From Tubiluchus corallicola (lineage: Eukaryota; Animalia; Priapulida), in assembly GCA_030141605.1 (NCBI GenBank), contig JAQGDQ010000017.1, positions 682,001 to 746,000 of the forward strand: DNA of 64,000 nt, written 5' to 3'. A program made the translations under genes and the position numbers. The notes beneath the pieces are model-generated. The model was not told where the DNA came from. It saw only the letters and a list, made by a program, of their open reading frames with translations, and did no database searches. Below, piece by piece: positions 23,609-38,600 of the stretch; the stretch's first letter is position 1; every line of letters starts with the position of its first letter.

Positions 23609-26600
23609 TTACTCAACATAAGCTTCTGATTCGCTGTCTTCAACAATCACATCAAGTCTCCGATCATCATCATCATCCGTTTCCGACAACGAGTCCTCGC
23701 TGGACGAGTTGCCGTCATCATCACCGCTGGTGTGCTCCCGCCATGCTGCTGCTTCGGCCATGAGGTCCGGCTCAATGTCCTGCAGACAATAAGGCAGGTC
23801 ACAGCCGACATAAGCTCTGTGCTCGATGGCATAGGTCAACAAACTGCGCCAATAGGAGTCCTGAAAACAAACAGAAAGCCATGTAGACGGATTATTTTTT
23901 ACAAAAAAAAACACGCAAAGCTTGATAAAACTGCAGTATTTATGTAATAATTAATTTAAATTAGTCAATCATCAATCAAGTTTCTAGTTATCATAATTAT
24001 ACCACATGATTTCTTGTGTTATAATAACAGTCAGTCCGTGTAAATGTGCTAGAAAAGTGATGCTGCCATGCTAATGATTTGTGAGCAACGCTAACTACCT
24101 AATTACTTCTAATTTTTATGTAGTTAAGAGAATCCAGCAAGGTGTACTCATTATGTTGATGACTGTATTGTGGCAGAACTGGAATGTAGCTCATCAAGGA
24201 TAAGCTGATGAGATAAGACACGTATTGTATACAGTTTTTCTCAATGGCAGAAAATAGCAGGCCCATCAATACTCATGTGTGTGGGCGAGCACACTCCATG
24301 ACCACATTGCTCTTCTCCTCCCCTGTTGCCCTGAACATGATCTTTAACTTTATTTTCTAAAGCACTGTTGTTACAGTGTGCTGGCACTGTATCACAGAAT
24401 GACACAATGCTGACCCATTACAGTAATGTTTGCTGCTAGTAACAGTTATATAGTCTGCCATTTTCACTAGTCCTGTGTGCATTGGCTGTGATTCTGACAA
24501 CCCACTGGCATATGAACATCTGTTGCCTGTTTGATTAGCTAGCTTATTTATTTGCTTAGAAAGCACAGTTCATCCGTAACCTGGACAAGACTTGAGACGG
24601 TTAGGCTTTTTAACAATTGGTTAACCAGCTAACTGTTCCTGATGACGTCTTACATATAAGAAAATATCGAATACACATGACTTGCACGAGTAAGGGATGC
24701 AGTTCAAATATGGCAGCATCCTGGTAACGTATGCGAGTGAAATTTTTTTTGCAGTTTACCGTATAGATGCTTCTTAGGTAACAAGATTAATTGAAACAAT
24801 GTTGCAAATAGTACAATTTTGTCTAAACAGGAAATTGCTAACTGCATATGCCAAGTCAGAAAAGATTCAAGGTTTCATTAATATGGAAACATAGAAAACT
24901 TGGATAAGAAATGGTTAAATGGTTAACCTTCTCAGGCCTTAATTACCATACTTAATTAGACCCTAGAATACCTCAGTACCTTAAGAAATGCAAAGCTCGC
25001 ATTACCAGCTGTGTACACAAGATGTTTATTTAATGTTTATTCTATTTGTTCATTTAATATTTCTTCATTTTATTGATTTGTGCCATAGTTTTTTTAATGA
25101 TACCTGTATGAGAACATGAGGATTTCCAATGAAAATGAGAAGTGCTTTGGCTCTTGTTATGGTTACATTAAACCGCTTCCTGTTGCTCAAGAAGCCGAGG
25201 TTATGCTTTAAATCGAAGCCAACGTGCTGCTCGGTTGACCGCACCTGGAAAATAAGAAATGGTCAAGACACAGTCAACAGTCCGTTAAAATGGGGACTTT
25301 GCAGACCCTTGGGTGTTTTTCAGTGAAATTTGTTTGTAAAATGTCAATCAACCATACACATGAAGACAACAAGGACCCATGGACTGTTCTATGCAACAGC
25401 TTGTTTAACTTATAAATAAACACAAATCTGCCATGATGCATTACACAAGATGGCAAGTCACCGTTTCCCCATACTTGCTTTCAAATAGCTGCTTTCATTT
25501 TCGTATGCTATTGATCACACTTTCACTTTCATCAATGTTTACTAAGCAACATGGGAAATCTTTTGTGTAATGGTGGAAGCAGAAGGCTTTCGAGTAAATT
25601 GGACATTTACACATTATACACTGAAGCAATATTCTTTAGTAATTTTAGCTACATACAATGGATTTGGTGAAAGACCGAAAATTTTAAAGAAAATTGAGAG
25701 AAATTTATGAAGAAGAAAAATTACGGTTGATACGATGATGACTAGACGTTCTTGCCCTTGAAATTCTTCCACTGACCCGACCTTGACTTCGTCGAGTTCA
25801 AAGGTGTTCATCAGCAGACGTATCTTTTCTACCTGTAATGTGCATTTATGTTTACTTATTTTTTATATATATTATATTAATTCTTTTCTTTGTCTTTAAA
25901 ATGGTTCACTCATTATAATAAAATTGAGTAAGACTTAATCTTTATTGAAAATAACGAACAAAAGTTAGTTCCAATTTTCACTACTATGTATATAAAATCA
26001 ATATTTTTCTGATTGCAGTTGACTCTGAATGCAGTTTAGATTAAGTAACAAATTCATGTCTTTTGTTTTATTCTAGCTGCTGCTAGGCCTTGCTTACGAA
26101 AATTACATTTAGATTTAAATTACTTTATTTGCAATTAGCAAATTTTGCTTTTGCAAAAAGTTGTTATTTACTAGTATTATAAAAGGCATAATGGGATTCA
26201 AGGTTGCAGGAACCACATGACACAAAACTTATTTTTACATCTAGCTGAGATACCAAAGATAATTTAATCGAAATCATATTATAAATTCTATCACAATTAG
26301 TATGTTATGCAGTTTTGACATTTCTTTTGACGTGCTTAGAAAAGAACGTTCGTGCAAAGATTTCTGGCATGTATTTTTGGGATCCACACTTTGTAGGAAG
26401 AATGCGTATCTTGTATTTACTTTTAATAACATGTAAGTAAAAGAACAGTGCTTGTTCATGGTGTCAAACATTCAAAAACATTCAGTTATGACAAAAAATA
26501 CCTGTTTCCTATAGGGAGTAATGACGCCTATGTCATCAGCTTTAACAGGATGGGTGGGGCTGTGTAGAAGAGCCTTAAGATATTTTACGACTTGTACAAC

Positions 26601-29600
26601 TTCCACCGGATTGAACCACGATGGACTGTTGCCCTCTCTTAGATCTTGTCCCTGAAACAACATGGCTAGACTTGCAACACTGACTCACTTTCATGATTAG
26701 TTTACCAGTGCGATCAGAACAATGAATATAAAGGAAAATTACTAAACATCAAAGGATTAAACAATAGAGAACATAAAGCAAGCAAGAAACAGAAAGCACA
26801 TTACATTAAAAATTATTATGGAACACAGGTTTCAAAGTGTCTCAAAGTTAAAGTAACTAAGTTTTATTACCATAATCTTAGTGACACAAAGGCATGTAAA
26901 CAGTATAAACAATTTTAGTTTTTCAGTTAAGTATATGACAAACTGGTAAGCAATTTTGCTCTTTGGAGTTTAAATTTTCTGTTACAGATATGAATACAGC
27001 AGAGAAAGCCTTTGACATTGTATGAATATTATTGCATACCCTATGTGCTCGATAATGCTGTACCATTTGGGTACAACTGTATTCATATTTTCTCATTTAT
27101 AGCATAATCTTTAATCTTACATACGAGTAAAACACCAACACATAAGTAAAAACGCATATGTATCAAGTACTGAAAATAATTTTTATACTCAAAATTATAA
27201 TGGGGTCCGCTACTTCTATTTCTTAATTTGTGTGTTAGCGTTTACTTAATAATCCGTCCAACATAAATACGTGTGCTTGCATAGCAAAATCGTCCGTAAG
27301 TCGGTAATTAACCTTTTCTAGCTATCCACATATCCTGAATCTCCACTTCATAAGGATCATTTTGATATCAGGCTCTATGTTATCTCTAAGCTGAGATAAT
27401 CAATGTTGAAATTGAGGTGCACGCTATGATCTTGAGAAAACAATCAAAAACAAAATCTTGAGAAAAGCACTGTTAACACTGTTAGCCACTGTTTTTTTGT
27501 CGCGTTGCTACAGAACACTTAGCAATCGCACAAATGTTGGTTGGATTTTGCAAGAACACATGGAAGTTATGCTTAAATCCAGCAGATGGCACTTTCTGAT
27601 GAAGATCTGGGCTTGGCAACAGAAAAAACCCAAAGCAAAATGATTGCTTCCATTAGCTACTACCTGTGTTTGAAAATACAAGTTTTTTTACAATTGTGGT
27701 ATTAGTTTTTAGACTGAGAAGTGGGTACAGGATTATAAAATTAGATTTTTAATATTTTTGAACACTTCCCTAATAATTTGAAGCTAGAATATAAAAGTTC
27801 AATTTATTTAGTATTTGTTTGTACAAAAAACAAAAAATTGACATTTTACCAAATTTTTTGTGCATTCTACTTTGAAGCACCTTAACATACTTTTAATTAT
27901 ACTGACTTATGGACAATTTTGGTTTGCAAGCACACATATAATGTAGCACATATTGCTATAAATCAATACACATTAACCTTTCAATCAAATCACTTATCTC
28001 ACAGCTTACCCTAACACCATGGAAGCACATGGGAAAGCCCGTCTGATTTGGAAGAAGTGGCCAATCGCACAAGCTCTCCCTCATCTCCTTCTCCGCACAT
28101 GGCCTCAGCTCCGCACTGTAGAATGTGCGGGACGGTAAGTTAAGCAGTGCGGGATGGGATCGGTAGTTATTGACTAGCTTGGTGACCTGCAAAGTATGAC
28201 GATTATCATTATTTCAGAAGCAAACAATATAGCAAGCACCCAAGACATTAGCTGGCAACTTGTTCAAATCATAATTATCTCAGTATAATGGGTGTAAGCA
28301 CCATAATAAGCCTTTTCACAGTTTCTTGTGCAGACGCACAGTTGCTGCAGGTCAAAGGTTACGTGTGCCACAGCAATGCGTCTTAAGTACAATATCACGT
28401 GACGTGTGAAGCAAAGCCGTCTGCCGCATCAGTTCAGTAATGTCAGTTGTTTCACATGGACTTTACTTAATTATGCATTAGTCTATGCTATGTAGAGTAA
28501 TTCACTAGCAGGATCTTGCTTGGTAACAAGAACGAATGAACTAGGTAAGGTTCTAGATAGCTGTTAAAATTTTCAGTATTATAATAGCTTGGGCTGCAAG
28601 GTGTTGTGAAGTGAACACAAATGTGTTGTCTGGCAAGCTAAACCTCTGACCTTTTCATGTTCATCATTCATTCCTGGAACTGTGAAAAGGCTTATTGGCA
28701 AATTTGTTTAATTGCATAATTAATCAAAAACTTACCAGCAGTGGGTCATAAGCACCATGATCGGAAAATTTACTCTCGTCTCTACAGTAAAGTTTTCTAT
28801 CACACAATCGTTCCAGCAGTGAGAGTTCTAACCCCAAAGTCTTTGCATATCTTGACCTCAAAACTGGACCAAGCTGCATCGGATCACCTGCTAAAACAAC
28901 CTACAGAAAAACATAGAAAATCTTTAAGAAATAGTCTAGTTTAGCTTAACTTGGATTAGATCAGATTAAGCTAGATTAGATTAGATTAAAATAAGCTAAC
29001 AGAATTAGATTCACAAAAGAGAAGAATGATTGTTTGTGATTCCCTTCTCCACAAGAACAAATGTGACAATTTTTACAACAATGTTTTATATAACTGATTG
29101 CCAGTAAAGCTGCTCAAGCAAGTTAGGCGGGTATGGTCGTCGTTGAAAACAATCTTTAGTCACAGACAGAGGTGGCTCGACTATAGGTACTGTGGAACTG
29201 CAGCACTACCTATCTTCACTCAATATTATCAATAATATTCAATATAATAAGTCTTTCTTCTTTAGCTCTTTCTTTATACTTGTACGGAACAGAGCGCATG
29301 AGGATAGTACGTTTGCTTTAAAGCCTCGTGCAGTGGTGTATTCTGTTGTTGTGCGCATGCTGCCATGTGCACATGTCTGAGATAACACGTTGTATGCTGT
29401 ACGCTGCACTGCTAGGCAGAGAAAGGTATGTCACTCACACAGTTTGTTGTCAGATGTCACATGCTTAAAAACCTCACATAGTTTGTTGTCAGTTGTCACA
29501 TGCTTATTAAAACAATGGCTGAAAAGCAGCATCCGCACTAATTTTAACCACGGGCTGCTACTGATTATGAAAGCTCTAGTAAACAATGGCAATTATAATT

Positions 29601-32600
29601 CTGTACAAACGGATCACCTATCAACAAACTGCGTTAACAGAATTACGTTTCATGATCATTTCCAGTAAGTACAGCAAATTATAACGTTAATTAAATGCCA
29701 TTTTTCAATATGTCATCTGGACCTAAAAGAAGACGAAATTTCATTACTCTATATATTACAATGACTTGTTAAAGCTAACAATTATGTTTTGTACCTGGCC
29801 TCCAGACTGGGCCGCCATGCTGATAGGTATAAGGCACTCTGGTTCAGTAGCCTGTCCGGCTTCATCTACAAACACATGTGTAAAATGATCTCCGGGTAGG
29901 GAAAGCTTATACAGTAGTCCGCAGGTATTGCAAGTGCAAACGACAATTCTGTGATGAACAACCTCAAACAAGTCCTCTTCTTCACCTGGTTAAATAAAAA
30001 TTGTCAACCTCCGAAACGATTTTTTCATTCACCGTTGCTTTGAGATCAACACACTGGCGTTAATTTTACAAGAGTAAAGAAATGGAGATCTAACATTACT
30101 TGTTATTTTGGCCTATAGAGGGCACTAGGTATAATGATTTTGAAAGGTCTCACCTGTTGTACAAATAGTTTTGGTGCGAATTAAGTTGTCTAACTTTTGC
30201 GGCTTAATAAATAAATACCGCATAATTCTTTCAATCTTAATTAGCAGTTTATTAGCTCAAGATAAAAAATGGTTTGTCAACAATTAATACAAACTTTGCT
30301 TTGTTAACTTACGATCATTATAATTCAATTCAACTAGATAATTTTAAAATGAAAATTCATACACTCATGTTCTGCTACGTTGAACCAAAGTACTTTTCAG
30401 TATCTACTGTTATTGTTATTATTTGCATGTCTTCCTTCTAACATGCTTAATTTGATCTTGTTCAAGAATAAATCTATCGTCTTTGTCGGTTATCATTCCG
30501 TATGGTGATAATTTAAAAGCACGGGTGCTAATTAAAAAAGCAAATATCATTAGAATATGCAAAGCACTTTTTAGAAACTTAAAGCACACATGATAACAAT
30601 GCTTCCACATTCTTGTCAAAAGATGGTGTTATAGTACATATTATATCAATATTTATATTACTCGCCTTACTACTTACTTAAATTATTATTTAATAGATTA
30701 ATATTGATGTATTTTATGCATATAACAGTTTTTAAGCAAAGACTGTTAACATTCCTACACAAAGAACCTAAAACAATATTGACATCTACTGAGCAAGAGT
30801 TATTTTCGAAAAAATATAACTTCAACAACAATACTACGGACCTCTGCTACAGTAGGGCTGAATGCAGGCAGGATAACTGTCTGACGTCCGATAGAATGCA
30901 TTCAGCCTTGCCATGTCAGACACTTTGACTAGACCACTCTCGTGCAGGCGTTGTGCGATCAGATCCGCAGCGGAGTTGGATGGTGTGCAGGCGAGAATGC
31001 GACTGGACGGGAGACGGCGTAACACCTGCAGTATGGCTTCTACTACAGTAATTGTTTTCCCCGTACCTGGAAAATATAAAAAAATAAAATTAGAATTTCA
31101 TACTCACTTTAAAAACTTGAAGAATCACATCGCATTGAAAAATGAAAGATATACATAGGATGTCAATATTAATGAGAAGATGGTGAACATATATACTTCA
31201 CTGAGAATAGTCTCAACACTCACTTAAAGCTAAATATCACTAATATTCATTAGTAATTGCAATTAGTTTCACTTAAATGGCTTCGACTAGTATCCTTATT
31301 TATTATCGGAAATGTGTTAAAATCACTTTAGTAAGTCTGAGCAAATTTTTTAACCCAAGGCTTGTAAAGTGCATAAAAACGATAAGATGAAATATCTTGT
31401 ATAAAAAATCAAGACGTCAATTATTAAGAATAAAATATGAAAATAGAATAATTTAAACTGCGTACACACCAACCCACGCCAAGCTGACAGCATAGATGTT
31501 TAGCAGCAAAAAATGCCCATTTTTACATTTAATTTCAAAAATCAATTAAACTGCAAAGAAAAGTGTGACGTAGCGTAGCATTAGTGATCAGAACTGATAC
31601 AAAAATCGCGATACGATTTCGATAAACAATAAGGATTTGCGAAACGATTTCAATATAAACAGTAAGGATTTGCTATATATTTCGATAAACAATAAGAACT
31701 TGCTACACGATTTCGATAAGCGTTTTACAAAATTGTTCTACAAGTATTGTACACACTGTACTACACAGTGCAAACTGCGAAGTATCATTTTATGTAATTA
31801 ATGCTACTAGGTTTTGAAGTTAATATCATGATAATTTAAACTATTGTTCTCAATGTGTTTATTATTACTAGGGCATACACATTGACATCCACACTCCGAT
31901 TGTATCGATTTTCTGTAGTGATAATCATTTATTTTATCGAATCGATAATAGATAAAAAAAAATCTATTTTGTTTTGTATCGATTCAAAAATCGATAAAAA
32001 AATGGATTTTCTGCCGATAAGACAATAATTGATTCCCATCACGACGCAGTTTTAGTTACACCTTGCACAAACCACAAATTAAAACAAGAGATGTTTTAGT
32101 TAGCACACCTGGAGGGCCAAAAACAATGTAAGGCGTCGGCCGGCTCTGTCCCCCCAGGATCCGTATGACAGCAGCCTTCTGTCTAGAGTTGAGACAGTCG
32201 TTGAAGAACTCAAATCCTGGTTTTGTTCTAATCGCAGGTGACAATGACTTGCCGGAGCCGGACTTCAGTGACTGTTTCCGTGGCGTCGCAGCCAAGTACT
32301 GAGGTAATTGAACCTCCAACTGATTGGGAAATAATACTGAAACATAAATGAATATGTGAATTCTGTTTTTGTTTTACTGTGAGGAACACATTGTTGCACA
32401 TAATTCTTTGATAAACACTGTAACCCAATGTACTCCCGAGCTTTGTAATTTAACTGCTAATAATGCATTGACGCATCTCATGCAATCACGGCACATAACA
32501 TTTAAATGATAACTGCAAAAGTTGTTCGCACATGTCAGTGATATAACACGACATAATTGTGTATCTGTGACTTTGATCAGCCATGTTGTTAGCCATACAT

Positions 32601-35600
32601 CAGAATAAATATCTATCTACAAACACTAGCCATTAATAAATGCTGAATGACCAAAACATTTGTGTTACTGTACACAAGCATGCACACATGCACACGCACA
32701 CACATACATACACACACACGCACACAAGAGCACGAAAACACACTGGCCAGTCACCCCACTGGCCAAATTTACTGTACTAAACAAAACATCAGGTCAATGT
32801 AATTCAAGACAACTAAGAACATGGAGTAGCTGCTTTCGACACATGATTGTTCAACTAAAAATGCAGCTGTGCTAACAAAGTAGTCAGACGTATGTAATGC
32901 AACATTTATTTTTGCCTCAACGTTATATACATTGTAAAAATGTAGCAATTTAAAAAACTTTAGCAACGAAGTATCAAAGTACACGTGAAACAAAAATGAT
33001 CTGAATTCATGTTCCATTGCACTTATATGTTACAAATGTTTTACACATCATTTACAGATGTTAAGATTACAATGTTAAACAAAGGGAAAAAATCAGTCAT
33101 AAATAGCCAATCACAGAAAGAATAAGCAAACAGCAAGAGACCTAAAAAAATAGTCACGAAGTGGTATTGTAGGTTAAACTTTATGCTTGTATACAGGCAC
33201 ACATCAGCTTGGATAGTTTTAGATGATTTCTTAGCTGGTGCATTTACGAAAGTAAACTCCAGAGAATGAAGATCAAAATGTAAGAAAACCAATGCAACAA
33301 GAAAGTAAAATTTGATGTGTTAGTGCAAGAAGGAGAGAACTGTATAGGTTGTTTTGCGAAAATGACGAAAAAAGGTTTTGAAACAATTTCGAGTGAACGA
33401 CTTGACTATAAAAATCAAAGAAAAATCTGAGTGCTGCTAATCTAAATAAATAGTGTGTATCCAGCTGCCATATGACTAATCACTGCTTTTATTCGAACTG
33501 ACAACCTAATTCATGACAAATTAATTCTTTTTCAAATGAAACCTTATTGCATACTGGCATTTATCATTGCTGCTAAGGTAAACATGGGTTCCATTTGCCG
33601 GATGACTCCTTACTTACGCTTTGAAGGACTATCATTTTCTTGCAGACCAGTATTAGAAGGATTTTTTATTTTTACTATAGCATTTTAATTAATATTTGTC
33701 AAATGTTAGCGAGTAGTGTTTTAACACAAGGCTGTACTGAGACGCAGAGACCTATCCTATAAAGTTATTATTTTGAAACTTTCTGGTTACTAAAATACCA
33801 TCCACATAAAAAGATATCAAGTTTTCGGCTGATTTCGGGGTCTAACTACCTTGTGTTATAATGGCGATATCATATGCTGCACCACCACCCATTATACTGA
33901 TATCGATAAGACACTGATGTAGCTTTTTGTACATCATCTTCTGCCTCTTGCCAAGAACAGACATCAACATCACTTATGTTAATTAATGAGAAACCATCAG
34001 CGGATTCTACTGGCATCGGCAGTTGCAGCCCTAAGGGGTGAGGTCAGATATTGATATCATAATTAAATCACCTACCTAACTTACGTTATAAAGGGGTCAT
34101 TACGTCTCTTGCTACCTACCTACCCTGAAATTGATATATGGACAGCCTAAGCTAAATTTAACAAAAACAGCTGCTTCGTACATGCGTCAAGGAAACAGAA
34201 AGAGTTTGCCTATGAAAGAAGGCTTCAATTTTCTCCAAATGACACTTTTTTACAGGGTCATAATAGCAATTCGCTCCTAGTTGTGCAATGCTCTTACTTC
34301 ATGTAAATGCAGGAATGGTTGCTTTCTGCACATTGCTTTATTGTCAAGATCAGTTGGTATCTTTGGAAAATGCTTTATAACTCTTTTTCTTTTAAATATT
34401 TTTAAACGTTATTTAGCAGGAATGTAAACCTTGATAAAATGCACAAGTTAGACACTATAGCTTAAAATTTACAAATTTAGCAATTGGTACTTTCTTGCAC
34501 TAACAACTCAAATTAATAATAACTAAACACACTACTAGATGACAATTGCAGCTTAGTGACATTTGTAACTAATTTTGGTCAATCACTGCACCACCAAATC
34601 AAACATTTGCCCCTGATCAAACCAACTATATACCTTGAACACCAAGATTGGAAGAAAAGCGGGTAGCCTGATGAAATCGTCTGAGTGGCGTCCGGTTGAA
34701 CATAAATGCAACGTTGTAATCCTTGCCGTCAAACCTGCTATGAAATTCTGGATTGAACTTTAGTAACACTTCCTCGCTCAGTACCTGAAATGTTGGAAAA
34801 GTAATTTAAAAAACATTCTTCTCAAAAGATGGCACTGCAATCGAAAATGGCAATATGCAACTATTCAAAAAGAAATGGTTAGGCACCATTTATAATATTA
34901 ATATTATAAACAGCAGGTGCCGTTTATAAGACTCACGGTTAATAGACTTAATTGGCCCAAAAACGCATGGTACGAGCCGCTCCTATTCACAAGTATGCAA
35001 AAACTGTTGGCAAATGACTCAAATAACTATGCATCATTGACTCAACATTTTTACTTCAGGTGCTTAGAGAGACTTGTTTGTGATCAATGAGGTTTTACTA
35101 TTTTTATGTCATCTTAGTTTGCTTTTGTGCTCTATAATATGCGCTAATACGATAGCCTAGCGGTTTTGCTTTGAATTTGTTACACGCTCGTCCACAGAAA
35201 TTAACCTCGTTACCAAAGAATTTCTTGTCTAATGGTTTCTTTTTGAAGCTCTGATTGAAAATCCCGCTTTCACGCTTAATCAATTAACAGTCAAGGATAC
35301 AGGCATCATACAGGTACAGATAAAAGTACAGCCTTTGCAGTGCATACTAAGTTGATGATTCATACTTCTATACTAGTAATACTACTTCTGACAGTTAATA
35401 GGTTCAGCCGGTTAATTGGGTCAAAACACGTCTGTTCCAAAGTGAGTCTAATTTATTAGCCAAGAAATATCATATCAACTATTAAATGAGGTTTAAGTTA
35501 AAATCATTTCTTTTTATTTTGTCCCATGATGGAAATATTGATAATACAGTCGTGAAAAAAGCAATCGTAAGTTTTGCAAAACAAAAACGGAACAACATAC

Positions 35601-38600
35601 ACCAAACACTAACTTACTTACTAATCAGTGGCGTAGCTGACATGGGGGGGGGGGGAATGGGAGCAACCGCAACATTTTTCAAATTAGCACCTTTTGAACA
35701 ACCCGAATTCCGTGTTTTTGAAATGAGCCTGAATTTATGTAACTCATATGTCAAGGCTGAATGATTGAACTAAAGATCAAATTGTCCAAAATCTAATTAT
35801 TATAATCTATTCTAGTGGCATAGACAAGCATGCAATTGCTACACGTATCACACCGCCTTTTTTATGTGCTTGCTCCCCCTAACTTTAGGACATGGCTACG
35901 CCCTTGTTACTAATATTAACTTAATATTAATATTAATATTAGCGTTGTATCATTAACTTACTTCATGAATGTAACCTTCGTGTACTGGGCCTTGTTCCTC
36001 CTCTCCAGGGATAGTCAGTAGCACCCTATCTCCGACCATTAATGAGGGTCGCCCTTCCGCTAAACCAGGCACAGGTAAAGCAAGGTATTCTCCCATGGGT
36101 CGCATGAACACCTGAGAAAAAACATTTAAACGGTTACAGCAAACACAAAATTACAGTTATTGATCAAATGTCTTTCCACTTAATGTGAAACAAAATGTCT
36201 ATCATCCAAGTTCTGCTTACTGCCAAATCAGAGTGCGTATTTTTGACACACCTGTACAATCTACAAGTGGCTGTTCTTTCAGGACATTACCCACAACTGT
36301 GAATTGACGGTATATGCTCAGCTTTTCATTAGTTTGCGGGGGAGAGACACCTGCCTGATTCTAGATTTTATTACAGATTGTTAATTGTCTGTATTGTCAA
36401 TTGACATTGCAAGTGAATTAGTGGAAATGTGTAGTCTAATTTCGTCTTTTATAGAAAGAAATGCACAACACTTACGTCTATCAGTTGCTGATTAAACCGT
36501 TTTGCTATTAATAAAATATGCAGTTTAGTTTAAATTATAACTTTGCAAGTTAGACAAAGACAATTATTTGATTAACTTTAAAAAAGGACAAATTCTTTTA
36601 TAATAACGACCCATTATAATAATGTCTCAGCATTTTGTAGACCTTTGAAACTTCGAATCTACTTTCTGCTTAAATGGTAAAGTCTCTTTACGGCTACTGA
36701 AAGTTTTCACTTCTTGTAAAAGTAACTGCAAATTTTTGTGTATGAAAATGTACAATCAGCTTATGTGCTGACTAGACATTATAATTATCATGTTGTCTAC
36801 TAAAGAGTTCAGCATGAGCTCAAGTACCGAATGCCACTGAGCATGCTTACATCACAACGGAAGCGGAGCGATAGACCAATATGGTTGACGTCAGTTGCGT
36901 TAATGAAAGTTCACTATTAATGATAATTTGTTTAAACTTAGCATTCGGCAAAAAGAAATAAACTAAACTGTTTACACCATTGGAGATGTTACAGTATTTC
37001 CTAAGAAAATTAAATATAGCCATACTCGATCTAAATCAAACTCTCGCATTTCGATCTCCATTTGAATCTCTTCAAGAAACAGCAAAGAGCCAAAGCGCTC
37101 CACGTAATTGGACATGTCCAACTGTTCTTGAAGACATGGCCGCAGCGCTTGAATGTCCTTACGATGCAACACAGCTTCCTGAAGATCGGATGGAAGCGGA
37201 AATAAAGGCAATCGAGATGGCAGCTGTGTCGGTCTCTTTAATCTATGACATGGAACAAAAATGCAGTGTTAGCATACTTAGTGTAAATGTGATAAAAATA
37301 GTAATAGCCAGCCAAATTTAATCAGGAAATAGAAGACAGAGGATGACAAAATAGTGACCTCGCATACTTTTAAATTCTCACATGCAAGTAGTCTAACTCT
37401 TGTCCACTGATGTTAATAACAAATAATTTCTAATAAAGCTCAAATGCCATAAACTCTAACTTTGTACAGTTATAGCTACATCATATTACTGATGTAGTGC
37501 TGACATCTACATAAAGTCTGCGACGTCATCATAAACATTGTGCACCTATACCAAACAAGTTATTTTTAATCTAATAAAGCTACTTTTTTCACTTGTCTCT
37601 TATTTAGTCATTGTTTGCACAAACAATAATTTAGAAGACCACAGTTAAAATCCAGGCATGTAAAATTTGAGTTAATAAATCTGAAAAGACTGTAAAATTA
37701 CCCTCAACTTTCTGCCCACCCTGTAAAATCAACAAAACTAAAAAAGGAAAAGAAATGTTTGCTTACCTGACTGGCTTCTCACCAGGCACCACCCATCCAC
37801 TCACGGAGTTCAGCAGTTTCAGCTGGGCTTCGCGAGGATTGCGCCACGCACGCTTGTCGAATGGCGCAAATGCGTCCACGCTGCGTTCATTTGGATCCCT
37901 GACACACACTCTCACATGCCGTCCAATCTTGAAGTTGGGGAATTCGAACAGTACAAGCTGTGTGTTTTTGCCAACAATGCTGAAACAGTATACCATTCAA
38001 ATACCCCTTTTCTAAGAAGCTAGATAATAATGCAACTGCCAAACATACATCAGAAACTGCTTAAAATCATGCAAGTTGCCCATTGACCAAGCAGCACTGA
38101 TAAAATACTTCTACTTAGGACAAGGACTGCAAAATAGTTTAAGTTTAAATATAGACAAATTTGCAAGCAGTTATGCAGATGAAAGCAGTAACTGTACAAC
38201 CTATGTTTACATTATCAATCAAACTTACATGCCTGTACAGGTTATGTTCACATAACATGACTGCATAGGACGCAACGGCAACGGTTCACCAAGTTTAGGA
38301 ACGAACGTTTGCTTAGTCTTCTCCAGCAGTATGGTTGGCTGACTTATCGCTAGTTGTTCCTGGGTGGCAGAAGCAGCACGAACTCGCAACAAGTTGCACG
38401 ACTGCTTGCCGGTATTCCTGCAAACATTTACCAGTAAATGTACATATTAAGTAAGTGAACTAGCCACACTTTATTAATCAGTATTTGCATGTATTCTGGT
38501 GTGATCAATGATCTCATCGTATAATGGCTTGCAACTGTGGAACAAATTACAAACTAATATCTGTAGCATTTGCCTTTCCGAATCATAACAGTTTCAAAAA

